Shown here: positions 13,901 to 25,981 of the stretch, piece by piece
Layout of the letters: the number at the start of each line of letters is the position of its first letter
Position numbering within the stretch: position 1 is the stretch's first letter
DNA from: Phallusia mammillata
Lineage: Eukaryota
Reading direction: 5' to 3'
DNA length: 64,000 nucleotides
Assembly (NCBI GenBank): GCA_965637545.1
Contig: OZ281500.1
Coordinates: 10,044,001 to 10,108,000, forward strand
Translations under genes and position numbers: made by a program
The notes under the pieces: generated by a model
The model's database searches: none
Told to the model about the DNA's origin: nothing
The model's input: only the letters and a program-made list of their open reading frames with translations

Positions 13901-16900
13901 CGCCGCAGAATCCATGGATTCGTGCGGTTAAGTCAAGACTTGAACATCGCAAGGCTTGCAAGGAACACACGGAGAAAAAGCGCTCGTGTGGTTTTGGGGT
14001 AAGTGTCTTCTATGCAAATTACACGTAGTCGACTGTGAGATGCACATGAAAACACTTTTATAAAATATGTAGTTTTCGACAGAAGAAAGGGCACCCTTTT
14101 AAAAGTAAATCATATAAATTATTAATGCCGCGCATTGTCTACAACCATGACCGTGGTTACGTGGGCTTCTGTCATTCTTAGAACGCGTTTCCGCCCAGTT
14201 TTAGTCGTTTTGGGGCGTGTCCGTCTTGTTTGTGGTCAAGACAAATGTGCATTGATTTCTTAATTGACTTTGCAGTTTTTCGCTGCGACAAAGAGCTTGA
14301 TGAAAAGAAAACAATTAAAGGCTTCATTGGATGTTAGAACTAGGAAAGTTCTTCAAACCGTGTTCGCGCTAAAATTGACAGGTTTGCCACAAAAGTATAA
14401 ATGCATCAATTTCGGTTTGGTTCTCATGGGACTTGCTGCATTGGTTTCAAAATAGGTCGGATAAATGATCGAAGTCTGTGTTGTTCGCGAGTAGGTTGAC
14501 GACTATTTGGTAATGGACTGTACAGTTTAATTGCTTCCGTATCGGTTAATGCCAGGTCACTGAGTACAAACTTTCACACATGTACATCGCAAAAGTATGA
14601 TCCTTACATTTCAGAAGTTACGAGGCAAGAGCAGGTGTAGTTTCAATGCGCCAAACTTTGACCACAGGGAATAGTTTTGTGCCTTAGCATTACGCTAGAA
14701 CGTGCTGTTTGGCATAAATTTATCGTCGAACAGACGTAAAATCCTGAGAACCTAATCCCTTTTGGCAAAAAGTTTTTGATTATAAGGCAACTGCAAACAG
14801 CTCGTACGTTTAATGTTCTGTAATAAAAACCGCCTTTGAGAGCTTTGTTATTGATTCTGCTTTGGATTGTTTATTGGATTAATTTTGATTTTGTGTAAGG
14901 TGTCTTTCCAGTTACTTGAAACCAGCTCGTAACGTTAGTGAGATAGCAAATATTCTTTTTATTCCAAAAAAAACTGAGAAGTACTGATGAGTGCCGATGT
15001 CAGTTCAGCGCAAACTGTTTGTGGATTATCTGATTCCTGCCCTTCCAACGTCAACAACCAAACCAAGAAACGATGGCAAAAATATTTCAGAAACGTACGT
15101 CTTATGACGTCAACAGTGGGAAGGTGGAGCCGACAGGTCGAGCAACATGCAAGAAACCGGGGGAATTCGGCGCCAGCAATAGCAGCAGAACATGATTATG
15201 ACAGCTTGGCGTCTATACAATGCGACCAGGAAAACGTATGTACGGCATTGCGTTTATGAGAACGTTAGTAGATCCCAATTCATGGTCTTGATGTTAAAAT
15301 ATCGGTAATAGATGGAGTTTACCAAATTTCTGTGTATTTGGTCGCTTTAGTGTACTGCATAGTATCGTCGTATAAGGTCTAAAGTTTGTGATGATACGCT
15401 TTAATATCATTCTGCGTTTTTTTATTTGCTTGCTGAAAGCGTTGATTAGGTTTACGAGTCTTTAAAAGCTTTGCCGAAATATGCTCATAACAAAGCAAAT
15501 ATTTTCGGCTATTTTACTCTGAAAAGAGTTCTTTCGTCACGTTTCTCTGTTTGCTTCTTCCATGGACGGGAGAATAAATCAACATCGTCGACAGGGGGGC
15601 CCGCAATTTTTTTAAAGTTCTTAAATTTTGCTCTGTTTGAGGATGATCCCACCTTTGCTAAACAAACTACCAGGCCGAAATCTCGCGTCTGTTATCTGAC
15701 GTCACAATGACGATTCTTATTGCGAAGCATTGTATTCCCGTTCGAGTTTTTTGTCGGACTGAGTACTTTTTCAGCCGTTGATTGTGGCAGGGATTTAGAC
15801 AGAAACTTGTGATTTTTGTGGATGTCTGTTCTCACAAGAAAATGTTTTGACCATTTTTCTGAGTTTTCTAAAGCTTCAAATTTTTGAGGTAAGTAATACG
15901 CACAATGAACCGACTAATTGGTTTTTACGTACAAATCAGCACCAGGTAACAGCAATTAGTTTTTGTATTTAACGCATGCTACGTCTAAAACCGCAAAAAC
16001 GGCTACATTCAGACGAAAAATGCGGTTTTTGTTAAGTTGTTGGAAGCGTGCGAGAGGATGGCATGAAGTGGGTCTCAACAGCTCATTAGCCGCACATATC
16101 CATTGTAAGTCACTATGCGAAGAGCTGTTAACTGTGACATTAGAGTGGCTCTTTTGGACTGCTGCGATTGTCTGCCACAGCTACGAGCGTGATTTGTGGG
16201 CGAATTGTAACCGATCGCACCATGTAGTGACTTTAAACCGTGGATGTTTTTTGTGTCAGCAAAGTGTCTGTTTTGAGTGATCTTTGTCACAGCGCCTTTT
16301 ATTTGGAAAAGAATCTATCTTGTGATGTTTGCTTAAGCACTTGACTACTATTCTGTTATATTTCTGAAACGTTCGATTTTAATGAAAAGTGGTAGTCACG
16401 AGAATGTCCAGCCATTGGCTAAAATGACTAACAGAATGAGCAGCATCGATACTAGAAAGTATATGGAGCTGCCATGGATTTCGTGCGACCAAATTGCGTT
16501 TTACGGCGAAAAGAAGGCCAACAGTTCACGAGAGCATGCTGAGATGGTTAAATCATCAAGTTGCACAACACATTGGTATCGTCATTGCCAGACAACGCAC
16601 GAATTGGCAAAAGACAGTTACAGCAACGTCGTAATCGTAAAAGACTCCATACGACAGAAACCAGTCCGTTACAACCGGTCGCTATCGGAATCTACATATC
16701 CGTCAAAGAGTCGGCAAAAGACTGATAAGTGTCAAAATGTGTCCAAACGCGGATATCGAGATCGCTACTTGAGTGATGGAATGGTCAATGTGCCTTGGAC
16801 TAAATCTATGCCTTGGACCAAAACAGCTAGACGTCATATCGACCCGCGCCACCTCCTTAAAAAGAACCTACACAAAAAGCCCTCCACTAATGACGTGCTG

Positions 16901-19900
16901 TTCAGTATTTGTACGGGTGGCCCTATCGCCGAGAAAAATAAAAAATCGAAGTGTGTTGGCGCACAAGAACCATTACGAACGCCAAGAAGGGTAAATAGGT
17001 TTGAAAGGTCCAGAAGTAAATTAGTTTTAAAAGAATTGCTAACCGCGAGTCTGACTGCAAACGTAGAGTCGAGGCAACTTAAACCACTAAATACAGTATT
17101 TGCATGCCCTATGCAACGGCCTTTAGTCGCGCCGCAATACCGCATTGATTAATTGAAGGTTTTCACTGATGGTCTCATCGACCAGAGCATAAAAACGCGA
17201 GGCCATCGCACCTGTCCTCGCCAGTGTCCCAGTGATGGCTGAATTGGCAGTGTATTGGTTTACTGGCATCGAGTTTAACGAAGCTTCGGCTGGCCAGGAT
17301 AACGTTCCGTGACCTAAAATTATCTGTCATTAGACCGAGACGTGCTTCTGCGCCAGCCCGCAGTGCCAGTTAGGGTTACATGCAGGAAGCTGCTTGTGCG
17401 AGAGCTGCGTGTTTTGCTTACTTATCGCAACGGTGAAAGCGTAATTTGACAACCAGGATGATTAAGTCTCAGTTGCTGTTTGGGTTAGATGTATTGCTTA
17501 ACTCGCCCGCTGTGTTGGCGGGAGATATTCAGGAAGAATCGGTAAGACCGTCTTCGTACATAAGCATATTCCCGTTATTAGAATATTTGTGGTATGTGTA
17601 CCTATAAATCTTTTAGCATGTGGTTCTATATGGATGAGCAATAGAACGCAGTGGGTTAGGGCTAGGTAACATGGCCAGTTTGGCCGTTTAAGATTAATAG
17701 TTAACTTGCATGTCGTTAAAAAATGTCAATGTATGTTGCCCACATTGTGAAGCCGTTATGGTTTATGCCATTATTTCGGTATAGTTTGTTGCTGCAAAAC
17801 TGCTTGTTCTGTGTTGTGTATAGTTTTTAAACTAGTGCAATGAAAACGTTGCAGTAACGGAAGGTAAACAGCAATGCAAAGTTCCTTGATTCGCATGACC
17901 AATCGCGCGTCCGTTGCAAACTCTACTTGAAGCAATCAGCAGTAGCGCAGTCGCTGGGCGGTTGAAATCGATAAAAATCGATTCGAAACTTGACTCACTG
18001 TTTATGATGGTCTGTTTTCAGGGCAACTGCACTTGGAGCAATATGAGTGGAAGGAAAATGCAACTTGGCAGCACAAGACTTCAAAGCTTATCCGAACTTG
18101 AATGTGACGCATTGCAAAAAGTCGCCATCCAACGGCTAACGGAAAGCGATCTTGGCGTTGCAGTCGTTGTGCCAAAAGGTGCGGAACGAGTTTCTTGTTG
18201 TTTTATCTTCCGCATATATTATCTGTTTATAGGCTTTGAATGATTTGTCTTATGTATACCAACAACATATATTTCCATACATGCCTGTTTTTGACATGAT
18301 TGGTTACGCTTGGATATCTATTTTAACATAAACACACTGACATGTGTATAGTCAAAACAAAAAAATTTTTTTTGCCTAAACTTTAATACAAATTGTGTGT
18401 TTATGCAGATGACTCAAAAGTAATAAATCGGAAGATTTCGATGCGAAAGAAGTACGCAGTACATTTGTCAGCACGGGATAAAAATAAAGAAAAGGGTAAG
18501 TTAACTCAAAGTTTCAAAAATAGCACAATTCTCATTAGCTGAAACACTTGGGTATGTAAAGAATTCTCATTAGAAAGTAATTTTGCACACCAGGCAAGGG
18601 GTAGCTTAACTGTGCTGACCTTTGATTAAGTCCGACACAGAAAGCAACTCCTCTGCTCCCATGAGGCCCATTACTGCCCCTTGGCAATATAACGCGATGT
18701 ATTACCGACTCGAAATTACAACCGGGCGTGATTAAACAGGTTGCGATCGAGTCTTCGGAATACCACTGCTGGAGGTAGTGGAAAACGACCAACTCCTGCG
18801 CCTGCAAAAGTCAGCCGCTTTTGCTACAACCCTTGATTTCTCGGTCGCAAACGACGGTGGCGCCGTGAACGAAGAAATACCGCCCCAGCAGTCCGGCGGC
18901 AGCTGTAGCAGTAGCTGTTCAGGAAGCGTTGCCAGCATTAACCAGCAGCAACAAAACCTTCAGGTTGCGTCTGAACGACCGTGCATTCATAAATGCATTC
19001 AAAAGTGAGTTTGTTTACAACGTGTTTGAATACGCAACATATCCGCGAAGTCGTGTTGGATTTGAACGGCCAATTCTTGAAATTTCGTTCTTCCGATTAA
19101 ACTTCTACCTCCACAAAGATTTGAACGTTGGAAATCATTTGTGTGTGGCAAAATTTATTACTTTTATTGTACAACGTTTTTAACATCGTGCTATTCTACG
19201 TCATAACAAGACTATGTGGTTTAAATTGAAAACATTGTGCTAGCAATTTAAACTATTCACAATCTAACACTTAATATTTGCAGAGCTTCGTCATGCGAGA
19301 GTTTAAATGTACAGGAGTACACGACTGCGGACCGGGACAGTGTGTTCAGCAACCCAACCACACCCAGCAATGATGGATCACAGGCCTCGGCAAACTCGAA
19401 CACTTCCTCAGCCGCTCGTCCGCTCAAACGAAGGGTAAACAATTAACATTGGAAGTGCATGCGCAAAGTTGACCAGTGGTTTAAAGTAGGGATGTACCGA
19501 ATATTCGGTTTGCCGAATTTATTCGGCCGAATCGGCCACTTTTGCAAAGATTCGGTTTCGGCCGAATAATTTGTTGCGATTCGGCCGAAACCGAATCTTT
19601 TATGAACACACATTTAAAGCGTTGTGCGTGTCTTTCCTGCTTAGTACCAACGAAAATCCTGTCAGTTATTATATTTTTTTACCACATTATCGTTTTCCCC
19701 ACTGCAGACAACTAAATAGTAATTCATTGCCGGGTTGGAAATTATGCTTAAGGCAATGTTAAACCCCACAGAACTGAAATAAGGATAAAACACACCCATT
19801 CTGCACTAATTGCCTGGTAGATAAACTTATGTTTTCATGTCAAACGCGTACCGTACGACTTCGCGTGACGTCATAAATGATTCGGTTGATTCGGCCGAAT

Positions 19901-22900
19901 TTATTCGGCAAAACCGCCGAATATTCGGTTTCGGCCGAATCGAAATTTCGCCGATTCGGTACATCACTAGTTTAAAGTTGTTGTTTCGTGAATTTGAAAA
20001 AGTCTCAACATCTTTACATCCTATGTACCGCGTAACTTACTAGTTCCCTCGATTTGCTAGTAGGGCAAAACAAAGAACAGATAATAAATAAATGTAGAAA
20101 TGAGTAATATATTTACCGTTAGAATAAGTAGCAACGTCCCAAGTGGTTTGTCGACTGCATGGTGCTAAGTTGGCTGTTAGCAATTATGAAAACAATAAAG
20201 AATATGTTCTCTGTATACTATATGCATGTCAACAAACTAATTTTGACACGACATTTGCAGGGGGCAATCGCAGCAGACTCGCTGAACGAAATCGACCCCT
20301 ACCAGTCGCAGCTTCTCGAGGCCCTTTCGCTCTCGGTGTCGGGAAAAACCCACAATCACCGTCGGGAAAAGAAGCGCTCTCTGCTGCCACCTACAATGGC
20401 GCAAGTTCCCTACGTGGTGCAAAAGTGCTGCGACCACATTACCAAATACGGTCAGTAGAGCGGCGGTTCGCACTTGTACAGCTCTTCCATTGTTTCTTAA
20501 CGACGGGCAATCCTTCTTTGCAGGTCTTGATGTCACAGGTATTTTTCGCGTTGCAGGCTCGAAAAAGCGTGTGAAACAGGTACGAAATATATTAATATCT
20601 TGCTTCTTTACTAGTCCACAGCTACATTGACCGCACGTATTGGTAGGCAACGCTTGTTGTGGGTATATGTTTACTCTTTGAAAATACCACAGAGTGTCAG
20701 CAAAATAAAACAAATCCCTTTTTTATGGTGTGTTCCATAACACAACTTGGTAGAATTTAAATTTTTTGCGCGGCTATTAAAAATTTCCACAAACAAAGTG
20801 TCCAATTTTCTTACAACCCGGCAACTCTGATCTGTTTGCGTTTTAACGGCCGTAAAAGCTTGGAGGAATACATAAACGTAAATATAAATCATGAGACCGG
20901 CATTCGATGATCGCAGTTTTGTCAACAAAATCTTTATCCCTCTCAAGACAAAAATGTTTTTATTGCGGTCCCAGTAGAATGCGTTTTTGGTACTTATCGC
21001 CGCGGCTAAAACAGCACCGGAAAAATCGAAGTTTGTTTTCATAAAGCTTCGAGAAGAGTTCGATCGTGGGTTTGACGTCACGATCGACGAGGACTACAAC
21101 CCGCATGACGTAGCTGCGCTGCTGAAAGAATTTATCAGAGACCTTCCAGAGGCGCTTCTGACGCGCGAACTCTACCACGCTTTCATCCAAACAGCAAGTA
21201 AAGATGACGATAATTACAGTACTTAAGAGATTTGTTTTGGGCATATTGATATTTTAATTGTTGAATTGAAATTTTTTTGTTGTGAGTCAACTTCCGCTTA
21301 AGAATCGTGTTTGGGACTTCTGTAATGCTATACTGTGATAACATCTTCACGTTTTTGTTGTCAACAGAACTGCCCAAAAGTGAACGACTGCCGACGCTCA
21401 GGTCACTAGTGTGGCTTCTTCCACTGACAAACAGAGACACGCTTTACACTTTGCTCAGTTTTCTTGCAGTTGTTGCTGCACACTCCGAAGATAGTGTGGA
21501 TTCCACCGGCAAAAAGGTAAGGTCGTGTTCAGTCATATAACACTTTAAATCGTTGCCCTGCATGAGCAAAAAAATGAAAACCTGTTGCGTTCCTATACAC
21601 TTGTTATGCAACACAAATTTAAAAAGTATAGAGAGAAACGCACATACCCACAAAATAGGGTGTATGTTTCATAAGTCAACCACGTCACTTGCGTTTATCG
21701 TCCTGATTTAAAATTTACGGATACTGGTCCGGTGCTCAGACCACAAGTAACCTTTTTGCCTATCTATCGATTTGTGATCACTATTAATCGATTTAATTCC
21801 CATCGTGTGTGACAGGTGCCTGGGAACAAAATGAGTGTCTCCAACCTTGCTACTATATTTGGACCAAACATTCTTCATCGGTATAAAAAAAGCCCGCAAA
21901 CAGGCAACGACAATCAATATCAGGTCAGTTTTTGTGCATTTTCTGTGTTTACCACTTGGTGCATATCGAACAAAAAAAATCAATGCTGGTTTTTTACCCC
22001 AACCAGCTGGCAATGGAAGGGCTGCGTTAACTTTCGATTTTGCAATAGTTTGATTGGTTTGACTACAATGTCTTGCTATTGTTTCCAATTCAACGAAATA
22101 GATTGGTTATGTTTTCCATGAGCAGGTGCAGAGTTTGGAGAAAGCGGAGGACAGTTCGGCGGTGATCACAGTTGTAGAGGAAATCATATCGAATCACACG
22201 CAGTTGTTTCAGGTACAATACACCACAATACACATTCAAACAGTTTATTTTTGTTTGTCAAGTGAATTCTCACCAGGTTCTTTCACAATTTAATGAGTGT
22301 TCTTTTACCACTAAAACTGCAATGTGTGCTTCTGTATCGAATGTATGCTTTCACTTTCATGTTTTTCTTTCAATCAAATAACAAAATGTTTTAACCATTG
22401 TTTTAGATTGTCAAGTACGATCATGATCAGATGTTGCGAACGCTAAACGACACTGATCCAGAAGCCGTAGACTTTCTGTTGCGAAGAAAGGCAGCCAATT
22501 ACATGAGGTAAAAAAAAGTAACAGCCCTTGACACCACTTAGTCCACTTTGAGTTGTGACATCTTCTTGGTATTGCGCAACAGACTTACAATAGGTTTCAT
22601 TGCAAGCTTACTGTCATTTGGTATTAACAATTTTTCTGCTTTGAAGGGAAAAATCCAAGCTGTTGACAAACCAAAGCAAACCCAAAGGGCATCACAACAC
22701 CAGCAGCATGCCGCCCAGCAGTGGCAACAACCACTTTAACAACAGCAACAATAACAACAATCGGGTTGAATTGGCAACAAACGGCAACTGTGGCCCGAAA
22801 TTGACTGATGTGACAGAATACTGTTCCTGCGAAGAAAACGGAAACAATTCAGCGGACGACAACGCTGCTGAACAAAAACAACATTCCACCATGAGACTCA

Positions 22901-25900
22901 GTTATCAGCAAGCAACCGGTCACGTGCCTGTGACGCCAAAACGCGATTCGACGGAAAAAGGTGGAAAACTCAAGTTTAAAAGGTAAAAGTCAAAATGAAA
23001 TTAAAAAGGTTGTATTTGGCAACTTGGAGAATAAATTTTTACGGGTTCCCTTCCCTGAAGGGGACACATATTGTTTTTATTCGTGTTTTTTTTTTCTTGT
23101 TTCTTTTTTCTGTCCAACGCTGGTTCGTAACGCTCGTTTGGTCAAGAAAAAGTGCTTAAAAAAGCCCAAAGGAGTAATTCACTGGTTTACAACTGCAGCG
23201 ATTTAATGCATCGCGGGAGATCGCTGCTTGACGCGTGCACAGGCGTTTTACGAGGCAGTCTTTTTGATGATTAGACATCAGTGCAGTAATTCTATGTGGT
23301 TTAATTATAAGTTAACACGCGTATTTTCAGTTTTAGCAAAGGTTTTGTATCTTATAAGTGATTAAAACGATATTTCGGTATTTTACCTTTCAGGCAAACG
23401 TTGTTGATTAACATGAAGGTAAAAAAATACATGTTTTCCAAAGATGCAATAAAAAAGTATTATACGGTCATTGACAAGTTGGCCGCCTTAGGACAACTGA
23501 AGGTCAACTTGTAGGAAACGCAGAACACAGTTGAGAATGATTTAGCTTCTTTATTTTTTACACATATACTCCAGAAACAATACGTAAGAAAATATAAACA
23601 AACATGGGTTGGGAGAAACGTTCTCGTTAATCACTAAGGACTGCGTGCAATTGAAAACCGTGTCAAAAGATCTTGAAACGGTCGTTCGGCGACTACACCG
23701 CGATAGGCTACTGAAGAATAATTAATTTATATGAAAATAATGATGCAAAAAGAATACGGACACAACTTTTAGTTGTGGTAATGCTTTCTAATAATTTGTC
23801 CTCAAGAATCTAAAAATAACCGAAACATTCGTTTACTGTAAATCCGCACAAACACGAGTGTGGGGACCCATTCGTTTTTGTTTGCAAAAACAATCATATA
23901 TTTAGATCAAATGATGTGTATAGCAAATTGTTAAATATCGTATAAAATCCATAAAATGGAAGTATATCAGAAAGCCACCTTCTAGTTTTTAAATCATAAT
24001 GATCAGAACTACAAGTGCAAAGCATAGAAATACAAAGAGCAAGGCAGGATGTAATTTGTTTCTCCTGTTATCCCAGCCAAACCCCAATTCAATTGTCACT
24101 GATCCAAAAGCAGCAGAATTGACATTGGACCTAATGTGACACCATTCGTTTCCGCAGACCGTTTTTTAAGCGATCCAACCGGCCACCTGCCAGCGGATCG
24201 GACTTGGACGAACAAAATGAAGGGAGCAACAACAGCAGTGGATGCGACGATGTTGGGAAATCTGAAGCAGACGACAAACTGACGATGTTAGAAAGGGGAC
24301 AAAGTTTTGAAAAGGTAAGATTCCTATGAAGCTTTACGGGCGGTACACATGACACGGAGTGGTTGAAAATTTGCAACCGACCAAGGACTGAACTTTTAAA
24401 TGCTATTCCATACTTATATGTCAATCCGACTATGATGTCCATTTGTACGTATTAAGCTGTAATGATTATCCACAACATCGAGCTAAAATTGAAAAAAGTC
24501 AGCTTGATTTTTTGTTGCATAATTACACATCACCGTGAAGTTTTACATGGAACAGCCCAGGTTTTAGACTTATTTTTTCCACGCAGGAGAGGATCACAGG
24601 TGACGTTTCGTCCTCTTCCATGTGGTCCCTTGGAAACAGCGAAGCTGCAGCTGGAATGCGATCTATGTCTTTCACTGAAGACGATCTTCACGATATACTT
24701 CAGCCAAGCGACCGCGCATCACCGCAGTCAAGTCGAAGCAATGCATCAATTACTCCTCAGCTTGAATCGGAAAAGTCTCAATCCGCACACAGCTCCATTC
24801 CCGATCTGTTTGACGATCACGTGTTTAACGAAGGAAAGGTGAATCATGACGAGGTATCGGTGACGCAATCATCAGACTCCGGTGTTTGCGTGGACAACTT
24901 CTGCTTCTCGCCTCGGCCGTCTAAAGACGTCGTGAAAAGACGCGGTGGTTTTAGTTTGAAACAAACAGTTGAAAGCACGCCAAATCAAACGGAGGTTGAA
25001 GGCGTAAGACGGAATAGTGACTTAGCATCAGTTAACGATAGCAAATCTGCAAGCACTGACTCGTTGCTGAGTACGGACGAGGACAGCACAGTTTTGACAA
25101 CGGGTCCCAGTAACACAGCTGTTTGCCCACCCTACAAGGAAGCGCCAGTGTTCACCTCAAAAATGAGCGTAAAGTTTACTGCAAACTTGAGCAACAACAA
25201 CAACAATAATAACAATAACAACAGTACAAATGTTGGAACTGCAATCCATGCAACCCAGTTTGTCCGACGTTCCAGCCAAGTCATACGTCTTTGCGACAAC
25301 AACACTAATACAACTGTCGCTGAGCAACAAGAAGCTTCAACAACATATGAAACAAAGCGTAGCGAGGCCTCGAACTATTCCGAGTCCAAGATCCAACCGA
25401 CAGCACAAGGAAGCAACCTACGAACACGAAACAGACTACCAAGTAGCCTTAGCCCGCGCCTTCAGCGACAGTACGGTGCTTCAGCCACTGGAAGCACACC
25501 GGTGCGGACCAGAACACGTGTAAGAGCAAACAATGTAAATAATGGTGAAGGTTTCAATGAAAAGGAAGTTGACGACATCGTGGGGAAAAGAATAAGAAAC
25601 ACAAACGGATTAAATCGGGAACAAAAGCAACAGAGCCAGTATATGGGCGAAACAATTCTAGCTGAAACTGTACCAACGATCGAAAACGCTTCGATTTCGC
25701 TAAAAGCAACCACTCACCGGCCTACGCAACAATATACACCCAATACTGCCAATCCATCAGCCTATAGAACGAGATATGGGAGACGTTACAGCAAAGATGA
25801 TTTATCTATTTCAAGCAAACCAAACAGCAGCGTCTCCAAGTGGACAGCCTCGGGGCTGATACCGAGAAACATTAACCTGAACTCATCGTACAACGGTGGT

Positions 25901-25981
25901 CAGTTTATCGCTGACCGATCTGCAAATCATTTGCAAAGCGTTCGCGACGATCAAAGTAGACTTCCCGAGACCTGGGTGTGA
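4948..25981 (+). CDS. ARHGAP6: Rho GTPase-activating protein, ARHGAP6/ARHGAP36 family (longest isoform span)
   Basis: Isoform A exons 4948-6604, 7168-7573, 10643-10733. Common exons 18022-18178, 18409-18495, 18740-19004, 19284-19434, 20261-20450, 20524-20579, 21047-21197, 21368-21516, 21816-21923, 22126-22212, 22407-22507, 22647-22982, 24158-24314, 24587-25981. All introns are GT-AG and phase-consistent. Motifs: [15 protein letters not shown] (ARHGAP6/36 N-region), VFGIPL, arginine finger [74 protein letters not shown]-terminal ETWV. Confidence 0.92.
12670..13998 (+). CDS. Alternative first coding exon B of the ARHGAP6/36-like gene (443 codons, Ser/Arg-rich)
   Basis: Long ORF from ATG 12670 to a strong phase-0 donor (GGG|gtaagt), compatible with the phase-0 acceptor at 18022. 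Confidence 0.7.
14987..15235 (+). CDS. Alternative first coding exon C of the ARHGAP6/36-like gene (83 codons)
   Basis: ATG 14987 to phase-0 donor AAC|gtatgt. Confidence 0.6.
16382..16990 (+). CDS. Alternative first coding exon D of the ARHGAP6/36-like gene (203 codons)
   Basis: ATG 16382 in a 256-codon ORF that contains a phase-0 donor AGG|gtaaat after 16990. Confidence 0.6.
17458..17541 (+). CDS. Alternative short first coding exon E of the ARHGAP6/36-like gene ([28 protein letters not shown])
   Basis: ATG 17458 to phase-0 donor TCG|gtaaga, 480 nt before the common acceptor. Confidence 0.45.
19487..19969. mobile_element. hAT-type MITE (Ac-like TIR TAGGGATGTACCGAAT...ATTCGGTACATCACTA) in a RhoGAP intron
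   Basis: Terminal inverted repeats, subterminal CCGAAT/ATTCGG arrays and a perfect 8-bp TSD GTTTAAAG. A second copy lies at 49319-49809. Confidence 0.9.
25192..25222 (+). repeat. (AAC/AAT)n coding microsatellite giving poly-Asn in the RhoGAP tail
   Basis: Run of about 10 Asn codons. A shorter run lies at ~22738-22761. Confidence 0.8.
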
